DNA from: Hydrolagus affinis
Taxonomy: Eukaryota
Direction of reading: 5' to 3'
DNA length: 64,000 bases
Assembly: GCA_012026655.1 (NCBI GenBank)
Contig: JAAILG010001443.1
Location: 1 to 64,000, forward strand
The number at the start of each line of letters is the position of its first letter. Position 1 is the first letter of the stretch. A program made the translations under genes and the position numbers. The notes below the pieces were generated by a model, which was given only the letters and a program-made list of their open reading frames with translations, had not been told where the DNA came from and ran no database searches. Below are positions 14,801 through 28,005 of this stretch, piece by piece.

Positions 14801-15651
14801 TAAATATCTCAACCCCTCCCACCCAGAATCCACCACCATCACCAGCGTGCTCTGTCTGTGCATACAACCTGCCATCACACAAGACCCTCAGAGGAATACA
14901 GTGAACCGGCAATGCTTTACAATTAATCAGCTTATGGCTCGATCTTATTTTACAACGTAATCTAATTTTAGCTGAACTGGCTTTCAAAAGATAGTCCCAG
15001 CAAGTGTCTGACACGCTAACAGACTAAGCATTCTTTCTTATCATTTTATAACTCTATGGCTAGCTGCCCAGCCATGATTGTACACAATTTGTTAGAAAGA
15101 AAGACTTGATGCATTAAGTGCTTGTGCCTTTTTTTTTGTCATACACTATTGATGGGTCACATTTCAGATGATTCCATTTGAAACCTTCTAACGCATTAGG
15201 GTTGCAAACTTACGCGGATCCATTTGGCTAATGATTCAGGCCCCTACGATGAGAGTAAATGATAGCTATTTACAGTAAATTATTCAATTAGCTGCAAAGG
15301 AAGCATTGCCTTCAGATCCCATTGTTTGGCGAAATTAAGATGCACTGTTATTCCTAGCCAGCCCCACGCTAGTCAAGAACTATTATTAATTATTTAATCT
15401 GCTGGTTGAGACAGCTCTCAAAGAGAAATGATTTTTGCCGTCTGCATTGTAAAATGGGAGATATGGTTCTCAGTTTGCACTGCAGGACCAGCCAAGATGG
15501 GAACTAGACTCGAGCACCACCCCCAACACACACCATGGGCCTTAGCTTTAGCCAACCTAAGCCTAATACTTTCTGCATGTAGATAAACTGGATGCATCCC
15601 TCCAGGGGGAGAGCGGGCATTCCATTCCAACCATCTATCTCTGGAATCTCC

Positions 15652-15930
15652 ATGTGTAACTGTAGCTCAGTGGTTAGAGCACTCATCTTGCAAGCAAGAG
15701 ACCTGGGTTCGATTCCCAACAGGGCGAAACCTTGGGCAAGTTCTTTACTCCACACGCCTGATAATAATCCCTCAAAAAAAAAGTCACTCAATCCACGACT
15801 GTTTGTGGGACACTACTGTGCGCAATTGACTGCTGTGTTTTGCAGTCAATTCACTTACAGTATATTCAGTGAAATGCTTTGAGTCTAGAAGACGTGAAAA
15901 GCGCTATATCAAATGCAAGGATTATTATAT
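15652..15930 (+). mobile_element. tRNA-derived SINE, same family
   Basis: Head tgtagctcagtggttagagcactc...ggttcgattccc plus the shared body and tail. Confidence 0.88.
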
Positions 15931-16965
15931 TTATGTGTAGGTGGGATGTATGGAATTCTCTGTTTGATTTGGAAACTCGTAAGCATGGTAATGGTTTTCC
16001 ATTTGTGTCGATACCCGGCTGGTGCCAAAAAAATATTCCCAAGCCTCCATTTTTCTCTCTCTCAGACACCCTAATTGACGTGCCACATATAGCCTTGGGG
16101 GACATTCTTGGCATTTCCTTGGGGGGAGAACAAACTGTGTTTATAATACACATCACTAATTATCTATCACAATGCCCGGGCTGTGCACTTCGCTTGATTG
16201 CTTTGCAAAATAACCATACTAATGAAATATAGAACTTCAGCACTTTACAAAATTAGAAAGAATTAAAAACAAATTGGATTTTATACAGGATATCATATTT
16301 CAGTTTCAAATTGGAACAAGGGCTTGCATTCGAAATTATTCTATTGTACAATGAACCTTGTTGTTTCCAATACAATAAAGAAATAGTTCAACAATCATTA
16401 AGGGGAGTATCCACCCAATTAACAGTTTTCCTTGTCTCTACTTCTATTGTGCATTAATTTGGCATCGCTTAAAGCATCCCAAACACTAACCTCACCCGCC
16501 ACCCTATTCGTGAGACAGTCAAATTAATTGTGAAAATACCAAAGGCAAGTTAAGTTAGCAGTTAAGAAGGAAGAAAAGAAGGGATGAATGGAGGGATGGA
16601 AGAAGGAAGAAGCAAGCCACTGTAAGCAGCATTGAAACAAAACCGTCAAATTTGCTTCCAAAAGTTGCACAGGTGTGTATCGTACGGTACGAATTATCAT
16701 AACACTGTCATCTATTTTGCCTACAAATACACAGTCACGACACTGCAAAGCGATTTGAAATGTTTCGAAAAAATGCTGTATCAATTAAAACGTTTATTAT
16801 AATATTATAATATAAGCAATGTAATAATACTGCTCTCATGTCAATGATTAGATTCACACAAAGAATAATGGATTCTACAATGTTTTGGCTGCTTCTTCTT
16901 CTCATTGTGGATATCCTTCTGACGTGAAAGGCGCTCTAGAAATGTAATTTTGTTTGTCTGTTGTT

Positions 16966-17275
16966 GTCCTATAGCTCAGTGTTTACAGCACTTGCCTTGC
17001 AAGTGAGAGATCTGAGTTTGATTCCAGACAGGACGAAACCTTGGGCAAGTTTCCTTACTGCATACAACTAATAATAATCCCTCAAAGAAAACAATAATAA
17101 ATTGGTCATTTTCTATCCATGACTGTTTGTTGCACACTGCTGTGCACAATTGGTTGCCTCGTTTCATCTACAAAAAGACAGTCAATTCACTTTACAGTAT
17201 ATTTTGTGAAGAGCTTTGAGATGTCTAGAAGATGTGAAAAGAGCTATATCAAGTGCAAGTATTCATAATCTTATT
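16966..17275 (+). mobile_element. tRNA-derived SINE, same family, directly after an L2 tail
   Basis: Head, body and tail similar to 11541-11856. Confidence 0.88.
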
Positions 17276-17802
17276 ACTAAAATAATCCTTTTGTGAATGT
17301 GCACTGGTGCATTTTATTTGAAGCTATGCATCCAGTGGTACAATCAGTAAAAGTGAAGAAAGCAAAGCGTATATTTAAGCAAGGGACTCAGTAATTCAGA
17401 ATCTAACCAACAATATTTTTTCCCAATCCACTGGGTGTCAGAAACCCATTGCCATACTTAAGAGTCGCCAACTCAACTACTCTCTGGGTAAAGGAAAACT
17501 TCCCACTGTGAGTCGTGAAATTGACCTTTGCAATAATAATTCTACTGCCTGATGTCTTGGTGCCTCCTATAGTGTTGTTCTGCTTTGATACTCTCTTCAA
17601 CAGTTAAATTCTGCTTCCTTATCACTGAACTGTTGTGTTCTGATTCTGTCCCACCGTTGGCAGCCACATGGATCTTTGCTCACATGGATTCCTGCCAGTA
17701 TTTATTTTACCCGCAGCATCGTTCCAGCACACACTCAACACTGCACCACAGCTTGCGACTGAATCTTTATTTTACGCAATACAGTTTGCACACTCGCACA
17801 TG

Positions 17803-18010
17803 ATAATAATAATAAATCCTTGCATGTGATATAGTGGTTTTCACATCTTTTAGAAGTCTCAAAGCGCTTCACAGAATATACTGTAAAGTGATTTGGCTGT
17901 GTATATGTGGGCGAAACGCGGCAACCAATTGCGCACAGCAGTGTTCCACAAACAGTGGTGGATTGAAATGACCAATTTATTATTGTTTCTTTGTGGGATT
18001 ATTATTATAG
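17803..18010 (-). mobile_element. SINE 3' part
   Basis: Reverse complement of the SINE body and tail, with (AAT)n on the plus strand. Confidence 0.85.
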
Positions 18011-19439
18011 TGCAAACACGCGCGACAAGTGATAGGGAAAACCTGCCCATGAGTTAAAGTAGCTGTTGGCTTCTCACAAGCAACAGTCAGATCTGGGCAG
18101 TCAGTGACTCGAACATATGGTATTTAAAGTACCTCTGATAAGTGTACCATTCTTCATTGAGCTGAGCGATTAGCATTTCACAAGATAAGCAGGGCCAGTG
18201 ACAGCTGTAGGAAATTGAACAAAATTTACGGCCAATTTAAATATCATATCAAAGTAAGATTGAAGGTCGGAGTTTCAACTTTTTTTTCCCCCTCTTGAGC
18301 TATCTCCTGAGGCAGCATTTATCTCCGCCTCACTTTGCTCGGTTGCCTTTTAGAAAGAGGTCCTGCAGGCTCGGAGAACACATTCTCAAAGCACATTTGT
18401 GTCACCGTCAAGGTTGTGGCATTTACCCAAAAGCCCTTTATTAGCCGCTAAATTTATTCCGAAACACTACAAAATATTCCTTTAAACATCTTACAATCCC
18501 AGCATCCCCGCGTCGATAAATCACCCATTACCTTGGGTGAAGCTTAAAGCAGCCCTCAGATTGCGCTGTTGGCAGATTTGCTGATGTAGGGATTCTACCT
18601 TTAACATCCTATAAAATGAAACTCTGAATTTACAGATTAAAAAAAGACTCCTTTAAATACAATCATGGAAATTGATGGAAATGGACCGCAGCCAGATTGA
18701 TCAGAGAGTTACCTCTTCAGGCTCCTGTGAGCTAACTTTCACGGCTGCATGCTATATAGGGGTAGAGCAAAGGGGTTTCAACCCCAAGACTGCCACTGCA
18801 CCTGCTCTGATTTATGGAGCTGTTACTGTAACAATGCATTTGTGTTCTTAAAACCAATGGGCTAGAATAGATAGGAGGTGAAAGGAGCTCCAAGGTTAGA
18901 AGACAAAGATTACACTTTTATGCTGAAACTCTTATCACCACGCTTGGAAAGAGTATCCAAATCAGACTGAGAGTTCCCTATATGCATGCTACCCTCACAT
19001 GGAAATTTCCCTGTGGTCACACCCTGCCTATCAAATCCCAAAGAGTATTGGGCACAGGTGGTAAGAGGCAAGGCTTTCAGAACTCCAGAGTGTGTGTTTC
19101 GGTATCACACTGGAGGTGGACCAGCTAAAAATAAGCATCTTAACATTGTGAGCCAGCCTCAGTCCTAAGGAAATCTCCATATGCATCCCCCTCTTAATGG
19201 AATTCTCTCCCAAAGTCCTTCTGTCTTGTGTCTTCTCTCCCTGCCTCCAGACTTCTTCTGAAAATGCATCTCTTTGACCATACCTACGGTCAACACCATA
19301 AATTCTCCATCTTCATTCCCGCCACTCAATGATCCTGCTTTTTGTGAAGTGCTTTGAGATGTCCAACATGAAAACCTTATATCACTGCGAGTCTGTTATA
19401 AGATAGCACATTGGGTCTCTCTCAAGTCCTACACTGTGC

Positions 19440-19830
19440 GTTAGCCTTGCTCTGTGGTAGCAGAGTTAGAAGGTTATGAGCTCAAGTCCCATGTCAGGAC
19501 TTTGAACTCACATAGTCTAAGCTGAACTCCAATGCAGTGATGGGGTGGGTGGGTAGTTGCATTCTCATAGGTGCCATCCTTTGGATGAGACATTACACCA
19601 AAGTCCCGTTTAAAGGTCCCATGGCACTATTCAAAGAGAGATTTTCCTGGCCAGCAATCTCCCAAATTTGTCATTTGTGTCATAGCTGTCTGTGGGATAT
19701 TGCTGTGCACAACTGTGTTGCCTACAAATACACAGTCACTACATTTTACAGCACATCCTGTGAAGTGCTTTGAGACATCCTTCCGACGTGATAGGGCGCC
19801 AAATGAAACACAAGGATTATAGGATTGTTG
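19440..19830 (+). mobile_element. Older DeuSINE-like element
   Basis: Same layout as 2957-3360. Confidence 0.7.
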
Positions 19831-20318
19831 TACAATATGCATCACGGAAATCAATGTGAAGCTTTTAGGCACAACATCCTAACTATTGCAAAACTTTTCG
19901 ATGCCATGAATGTTATGGGCTCTCAGGCCATAGATGTACGTGCATTAACACATGGCCCATCTTGCTCTCTGACAACTTAGGATATCAAATCACGTTGTCC
20001 TGTCTTGTAATGCTCTCAGCACACAATGTCCCCGAAATATCAGGGGCTATCTGCCCCATCAGCTGCTAAATAAAGTGCCCATTAAGCCCAGTAAAAATAT
20101 CATTACTCATATAGTGCAGTAATAGAGGCAGTGGACCACGCACGGTTAACAGGAGTTCAAAGCTGCACACCTCCACAATACCAACTCTGTGAGGCTCAAT
20201 AAAATAGGCCGTTTATTACAAAATAGAGAGTTCGGCCCTTTGGGAAATGTTATGCTGCATATAAAGAAATTGAAAATGACTTGAAATTCCCAAATATCTT
20301 TATATTGAGAGCGGAGAT

Positions 20319-21205
20319 CAACAACAACAACTTTGATTTATATAGCGTCCTCCACGCCAGACGGCGTCTCAGAGCGTTTCACAATAGCGGATCCCGGGAC
20401 CAAGCCAGGGGCAGGGATAGAAAGGTGACCAAAGGCGCGGTCGAAGAGAAAGGTCTTCAGCTGGGAACTGAAACTGAGAAAAGAGGCGGCAAGACGAGGG
20501 TAGTGAGGAAGGGAATTCCAGAGCCTCGGGGCACAGTGGCTGAAGGCTCGGCCGCCAAGGGTGGAGCGGAGGATTCGGGGGACATGGAGGAGGCCAGACC
20601 CGGTGGAGCGAAGGTAACAGGAGCTGGTTTGAGGAGAGAGGAGGTCTGAGAGGTAGGGGGGTGCAGAATGGAGGGATTTGAAAACAAGGGTGAGGATCTT
20701 GAAGTCGATCCTCTCGGGGATAGGGAGCAGTGAAGTCTGGCAAGGACTGGTGTAATGGGGAGTGAAGTTTGGTGCAGGTGAGTATGCGGGCTGCAGAGTT
20801 TTGGATGAATTGGATTTTATGGATTGTGGTGGAGGGGAGACCGGTGAGGAGGGCATTTCAATAGTCCAGCCGTGAGGTGACGAAGGCATGGACCGGGGTT
20901 TCAGCGGCTTTTGGGGTGAGATATTGCCGGAGATGGCCAATCCGTCGGAGGTGGAAGAAGGCGGTGCTGGTGAGGGACCAGATGTGAGGGAGGAAGGACA
21001 GTTGGGGGTCGAACCTGACGTTGACGAGAGCCAAGGAGTATGGCTTCCGTCTTGTCAACATTCAGTTGCAAGAAATTTGCGCTCATCCAGCCCCTGATGT
21101 CTGACAGTCAGGCAGACAGAACATCAGGGGACTGGGGGTCGCAAAGTGAAGTGGAGAAATAGAGTTGGGTGTCATCCGCATACATGTGTAATTGTGCCCC
21201 AGGTC
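20319..21205 (-). mobile_element. 5'-truncated, frameshifted L2 (CR1/L2 group) LINE: RT C-terminus plus 3' tail
   Basis: Minus-strand HMYADDTQLYFS (RT YADD motif, ~21150-21190), NFLQLNVDKTEAILLG, AFVTSRLDY, PERIDFKILTLVFKSLH..PPYLSDLL, GGRAFSHCAPRLWNSLP and FSSQLKTFLF, in shifting frames. It ends in a (TTG)n tail. Confidence 0.93.
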
Positions 21206-21214
21206 GACTGAGAC

Positions 21215-21405
21215 CACATCGCCACACCACGGCCACGCACCACCACAATGCTACGTCACGCCCACCCACTGCCACGCCAACACACTATATCAACATACTT
21301 CCACATCACACCACCATACTGCCATGCCAACACACCACCACGCCATGCCAACACACTGCCACATCACCGCCATGCCAACATATCGCGATGCTACGGTGAC
21401 ACACT
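21215..21405 (+). repeat. Degenerate ~21-bp CA/CCA-rich minisatellite
   Basis: Recurrent cacac(c)accacgccatgccaa-like units adjacent to the 5'-truncated end of the L2. Confidence 0.7.
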
Positions 21406-23368
21406 GCAATTTGGGGAGAGAAATCTCAATCTCAGCACCTTGTCACTTCCCTCTAACATGAAATGCGCCGTATAAATGTAATTTGTTGTTGTTGTTGGAA
21501 GGAGAGACAGGAACAAAATGAGCAGGCACTGCAGCCAAAGTTCTTCCTCTTTTTTTTACTGTGGTGGTCATCTGCCTCAAAACACTTGAGAGGATTTTAC
21601 CATAAAGTGTAGAGACTGTCTTTGTAGGCAAATGCTTTCCTCTGTTTTTGCCTTTGCATGCACACAATCAGCTCCAAGGTGACCCTGCTTACACGAAGCT
21701 CTGAAATTGGCCTAGGTGGATGGTTGGTAAAGTGGGAGGGTAAAGATGATAACAGAAATTTTGTCTGCCCCTTCACCCATAGCGAAGGGAGGAAGCTTTC
21801 CAATTTGTTGGTATCTATTTTAAAGCTCCAATGCCCACGCTCTCCACACACTACGTGAGATGTGACACTACGGTCAACTTATCAGAACAATATGTTTCTG
21901 CCGAGGAGCAAGTGACAGGATTGAAGTGCAATTGTGGCAGAAAATCCAATATCAGTAAATGTATATCCAAACATAGCACAGAATAATTTTGTTCAAAATC
22001 AATCCAGTTTAATCTTATTAACTTTAAATCTCTGCCAACCATTTCTATTCATTAGAAATTTAATTCCGTAGTAGATTTTCAGACCACAAGCCAACTCTGC
22101 TATGAAAATCAAGCTGATTTCAGGGCCGAGATCAATTCAGGCTTGAAGATAACAGATTAAAACCAAACATTTACTCCTGGCAACACTGGGTGATGACGGC
22201 ATGAAGTTTGGAAGAAATCAGTGTCATTGTGTACTAACAAGATACAAAGTCTGGCATGCAAAGTTCAAGTGCATCTGTAGACTCGATATCCAATTATTTT
22301 AGTTCCAATTTTGGGGGTGAATCAGCCAGGTCCCCAACATACATGTAAACTCATCACCATGTTTAGAGCTTCCAGAATAAGCCAATGAGAGATCCACATA
22401 AATATGGAAATTTCCATTTGTCTTCTGTGAAGTGTGCAGCCTGGCTCTCTCTGCTCCCTCCTCTCCTCACCTCACCTTTATCATGTCGTTGTGACCCCTT
22501 GAAAGTGCTGGGAAGGTAAAGTCTGTGTAGTGTATTTCGTAGGCCAACATGGTAGGCCAATTTGCACACAACAATGACCCACAACCAGCTGTGAACTGAA
22601 TGACCAATTTTATGCGGGGAGACCAGGAGAAACTCACTTCTCAGTTCAAATCGGGAAAGGCACTATTAAAGACAGGTGGTGACATGCACATTGATATGGA
22701 GTCAGCCTTTGCTGCCTTGTAATAAGACAATAAGATCAAACAGAGTGAGTACAGGAAACGCAGGATGCTCATTGACACTGCAGCTGCAGAGGTTGCACCA
22801 TGTGATTTTTCTCACTCTCACTCGTCACATCCTCACACAAATTTCAGAAGATTAAGATCATTCGGAAAGTACCAGGTGCAGTCATGAAGAACAGAACCGC
22901 TCATGGCCTTCACAATGGAAAACTTTTATAGCTCGATAACAAACACAAATCCTGACTGAGCGCTCAAAAGCCAGGTGCTGTGGTGGTGTTATATTAAACT
23001 CCAAGGAAGGAAGCATTCAATGGAAATCAAAACCTTCTGACCTCGATGGCCCTTTAGATCTTTCCTGTACACTTGACCCCCACCCACCCCTTCCCTTCCA
23101 CCTCCATCCTCCGTCTCCACCGACAACAACCCATTCAATATTCCCTACTTCACAGGGATATGAAAATAGATTTAAGAGACTGCAATGGAATTTAATTCCT
23201 TTTTTTTTGTGATGCATGTCAAATCCGTACACTCACAAAAAAAATCGGAATCACCCCGTAAAAATATTGATTTCGCCGCAAACCAAAGGGCAGGTTTAGT
23301 TCAAACAAGGTAACATTCTCCATTTTCATCATGTCTATCCATTCAAGACTGGTAATCAATACCATTTA

Positions 23369-23653
23369 TGTGGAGTCCTGTAGCTCAGTGGTTCGAGCAC
23401 TCGCCTTACAAGTGTTCAAATCCAGGCAGGTCAGGGCGAAACCTTGGGCAGGTTTCCTTACTCCACACACCTAATAATCCCTCCAAAAAAACTACAATAA
23501 TAAAATTGGTCATTTCAATTCACGATGTGCACAATTGGCTGTTGCATTTCACCAACAAATACCGTATACAGTCAATTCACTTTACAGCGTTTTGAGACGT
23601 CTAGAAGATGTGAAAAGCGCTATATCACATTCAAGGCTTATTATTATTATTAT
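23369..23653 (+). mobile_element. tRNA-derived SINE with internal deletions
   Basis: Head gtggagtcctgtagctcagtggttcgagcactc and (ATT)n tail. Confidence 0.88.
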
Positions 23654-23900
23654 TCGCTATTGAAGTACTTTGGGATGCTACACTGATTAGTGGGCGCTCA
23701 ATAAATGCAAGTTGTTGTTGCTCTCTCCCCATCACCCCCTTCTGCACTGCCCAAACAGGAAAGAGACGCTCAACAGTTACCAGTGCCTTTTGAATGTTGT
23801 CTAAATCACAGCCACTGGTGAAGTATATAGAATATGCTCTGTACAGTACAGACGTCTTCCTGGTTTCAGCACTGCTTTGTTATTGTTGTTGTTGTTGTGG

Positions 23901-24650
23901 GTGGAGTCCCATAGCATAGTGGTTAGTGCACTCGCTTTGCAAGTGAGATGATCTGGGCTTGATTCCCAGTGGGGCAAAACCTTAAGCAAGTTTCTTTATT
24001 CCACGTGCCTCTGATACATGCCTCTGGTATTATAATAATAATCTTTGCATTTGATATAGCGCTTTTCACATCTTTTAGTCATCTCAAAGCGCTTTATAGA
24101 ATACACTGTAAAGTGAATTGACTGTAGATGTGTGAGTGAAACACGACAGCCAATTGTACACAGCAGTGTCCCACAAACAGTCGTGGATTGCTATAATCGC
24201 TATTGGTCATTTGCTATAATTTTATTATTGTTTTTTTTTTGGAGGGAATATTATTAGGCATGTGGAATACTCACACATACACCCAGAGACTGTGAGTACA
24301 GTAGGTTGTTAATTGATCTTTGCCAGTGGTAACAATCCCTCAAACAAAATTGGACTATTCAATTATGACTGCTTGTGGGACACTGATGTGCGCAATTGTC
24401 TGCAGCAACAACAAAATTACACTTGTATAGCGTCTTTCACGTCAGGAGGATGTCCCAAGGCGTTGGTTTTGCCCACAAAATACATGGTCAATTCACTTTC
24501 CGTGGAGCACTTGGAGATGTCTCAACAATTTGATAAGGTGGTATACCAAATGTAAAGCAGTATCTGTCCAGCGCCATGGGACGTCCTCCTGACGTGAAAG
24601 GAGCTATACAAATATAATGTTGTTGTTGTTGTAAAGATTATTAGTGTTAT
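23901..24650. mobile_element. Nested SINE / inverted SINE / L2-tail cluster
   Basis: Plus-strand SINE head (23901-24010), minus-strand SINE (~24030-24270), then a plus-strand SINE body interrupted by short L2 tails (~24405-24462 minus, ~24570-24632 plus). Confidence 0.75.
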
Positions 24651-26299
24651 AACTATCCGACTGCCCAGCAATAGAAGCCCAGTAAAGTTCGTGGCCTGCC
24701 ATGAGTCATTTGCTATATGGTTCCGAAGAGCGTTCCTGCTTCTATTTTAAGGGCTATTTTAATGCAAAATGCTTTGAAGGATGAGTTAGTGTCAATGGGT
24801 TTGAAGCGAAAAAAAAGCCCTCCCCCTTTTTTTTACTCATGAGTTATTGCCACATTCCAAACATCAGCAAGAGCAATCTCTCTGCATTCACGGCAATCCC
24901 TTTGTCAACACACATCCGCGAAATCTGAACTATACTTTTACCGGGTTTGAAATACTGGGCAAACAAATTAAGGGCAACGTGTGCCAGACAGTGAGATAGA
25001 TATTGCACTAGCTTGGCTTAAAAACATCATGACATTTCTGCCAATCAAACATTTGTCCTTTCTCCCCCTCATGATTCCCATTTAAAATAAAAGCTGTGAC
25101 CCAAAGCAATGCCAAATCAATCTCCTCATCCACTTGCTGCAGTTTTTAAACGACCTAACCTTGTGCAACGGACAGATCCTTAAGTTCATATTGTGCAGTT
25201 GCCAGTCATTGAATCAAGCACACAAACACACACACACACAAACAATACACGCACAACACACACAGTATAAAATCTGTCAAAGACTGCAGGCAACTCAGCC
25301 TTTGATTCATTCAATGTAGTAATGTAGTTCTGATACTTGAAAGATAAAACATTGTTAAGGAACTAAATAAATTACAGCAGTCACAAATTCAATTTCTTTA
25401 CAACCCCAGAAATAAGACTCTGACAGTTTTATGAGACTAGATGACACAGTCGTTGTCTATCTGGTCAAATTCAAATGACAGTGTCTATTACATATTCAGG
25501 GGAATATCTCATGAATATCAATGCTCTAATGATCTCACTTTGTTGTCCATACAGATTATTGTTTATGATATTGGTGAGATGATCTAAGGCATCCGAAGCA
25601 AGGGGACCGGGTTTTAATATTAAGACTAAAGAAGACTAGAGGTGAGATCAGAAAGCATTCTTCACACAGAGGGTTGTGGTGAAGTGAAATATGCATTTCC
25701 CAGAAGGCGCTTCACAGGGAAGGAAGATAAATGAGAACTAAGAGCATTAAAGGGGGTGTGGGGAAAGGGATTAAAAATGTCAGCTAGGAGCTCGATGGGC
25801 TGAATGGCCTCCTCTTTATCTGGGTTGCTGCTGCAGACATTCTGGGAGGAGTTACAATACTCTGTAGCAGTTCAATGTCATCAGTAGTGCTAATGATTTT
25901 ATGATTTTCCATTCTTTTCTTAAGTTGGTTCATTATTTGTGCAAGTGCATGATTTGAACAGCAGGTAATTTGCGAGTTGCATGAATCCACCCCCAAAACA
26001 CCGTCCTCATCCGATTTCTAAGGTCAGCAATTTAACTTGGAAAATACCTTGTCGAGGAGCCTGGAATTCTTTGCAATGTTTGAACCGGAGGAAGCGGCAT
26101 GCGATCAGACATTGGGTTTCTGACTCTCAATTAGCCCTGAAGAGAGACCTGCAAACACAAGGTATTATGGCAAGTATTATTATTATGGGATACCCATCTG
26201 ACGTGAAAGGCGCTCTGTAAATGTAATTTTGTTGTTGTTGTTGTTGTTGTTATATTTCACAGCACTAGACAATTTCGAAACAGATTCAGAAGCACGCAG

Positions 26300-26990
26300 G
26301 ATGACTTTCTGTGGAATGGTTAGAGCGCTCGCCTCGAAAGCAAGAGGACCCAGGTTTGGTTCCTGGAGGGCAATACAAGCTTCCTTACTCCACATGACTC
26401 TATTTGCCAAGCAGTGAGTAGGAACACTGTTGTTAGTCGGATTGGTTTCCGAGAGTAATAATCTCTCAATAAGAGATTTTTTTTTTTTTTTTTAAATGTG
26501 GTCACTCGCTCCACAACTGTTTGTGGGACACAGCTCTGTGCAGTTGGATGTCACGTTGACCCACAAAATACATAGTCAATCCACTTTACAGTATATTCTG
26601 TGAAGCGCTTTGAGATGTCTTAACAACACAATGAGGCGAATAAATATGCCTCTCATAAGTGAGAGGCCTGGGTTCTATTCTCAACAGGGCAGAACCTTGG
26701 GAAAGTTTTCTTCCACCAAATGCCTGGTAATAATCCCTCAAAGAAAAGAGAAAATAAAATAATGATGTGGTCACTCAATCTGCGAATGGTTGTGGGACAC
26801 TATTAATAATACTGTAATAATGATAATAACAATTGTTGTGCACAATTGGCTGCCGCATTTTGCCCGCAGATATACAGATAATTCATTTTACAATATATTC
26901 TGTGAAACCCTTTGAGACATCTAGAAGATGTGAAAAGTGCTGCATCAAATGCAAGCTTTATTATAATTATATCAAATGCAAGGATTATTA
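26300..26990 (+). mobile_element. Two adjacent tRNA-SINE copies
   Basis: Heads near 26310 and 26650, each followed by the family body and tail. Confidence 0.75.
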
Positions 26991-27669
26991 TTGCACACAC
27001 TAATTGGCTCAATGCAATGGACCCCTTTCCTCCTAAAACTATTTGCAGCCAAGAATCTACCTATCGCCTGAGAAACAACATATGCGAATGGCAACGGCAG
27101 CAATAATAATTAAAAGAAACAGAGGAATATATTCAAACAACACATAGTTATGACTGAATCTGTTTTCTACTCTTTTGTCCACAGATAATGCCAAATGCCA
27201 ATCAACTCGGGATAAATACAATGCACTGCCTGAATTCCCACCATCTTGCCTCCTCCTCATCCATCTTCAGATCATAATCTGAAGACCTTCTTTTTGATGG
27301 TGCCAACAGTCACATCCTCTCTCTCCCCAGCTCAACGTTAAGCTCCACCACTAATAAGACCCTACCTTGCGTAAAGGGAGACATATAAGTGCAAGTTGTT
27401 GTCTGTTGACTATTCAAATGAAATCTAAGAAGCAGTCGGCGCCTAGTTATTTAAAGGCATGAATGATCTATCCACTCCCACACCTCCCCTCACTTCACCG
27501 AGGTGACAGAAACAACCCATATCATTTTGCTAATCTATAGCGTTTCAAGAAAGATATTCAGGAGTGACTTAAAAAGTATAGATCTGTCAACAGCAAAGAG
27601 TTCATCGCTGTGTTTGCTTTTTCACAAGATGAGATTTGCTACATTCTCTGCTGACCATAGAGCACTCGC

Positions 27670-28005
27670 TTCATATAGTTCTGTCCGCTCCCCCGCTCAG
27701 GAGACTCTAGCCTGCTTCATGTCTCCCGCCTGGCCCATCCCACCCCACCATCAACGATCGGGCCTTCAACTTTTTGCTGCTGCCCTTTGGATCTCCATCT
27801 GCTTCACCTCACTCCCTTCCTTCTTCAAAACCCTTCTCAAGACCTACCTCTCCGACTGCGCCTTCAGTCACCCTCCTGAAGCTACTCTACCTACTCTCCA
27901 CCCCGCCTGATCCTAAATACCAGCTCAAATCCCCCGACTTTCCAATCTCTTGGGATGTCCTCCCAAAGTGAAAGAAGCTTTATAAATATAATTTGTTGTT
28001 GTTGT
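27670..28005 (+). mobile_element. L2 LINE 3' fragment
   Basis: ttcaaaacccttctcaagacctacctc motif, L2 tail and (TTG)n. Confidence 0.75.

Noticed and set aside
14477-14960. Overlapping ORFs in a repeat-free, slightly GC-rich block
   Set aside because: No protein similarity recognised and no strong splice-site pair. It may be regulatory, but that is unsupported.
15655-15725. tRNA-like sequences (also ~11545, 23372, 41450, 50365)
   Set aside because: These are SINE heads continuous with SINE bodies and lack intact cloverleaf structures, so they are not tRNA genes.
20338-20940. 200-aa ORF as a host gene
   Set aside because: Frameshifted L2 reverse-transcriptase tail.
21215-21405. Repeat array as CRISPR-like, or as a His/Thr/Pro-rich protein
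   Set aside because: Eukaryotic degenerate minisatellite without a constant repeat/unique spacer structure; the ORFs are low-complexity artefacts.
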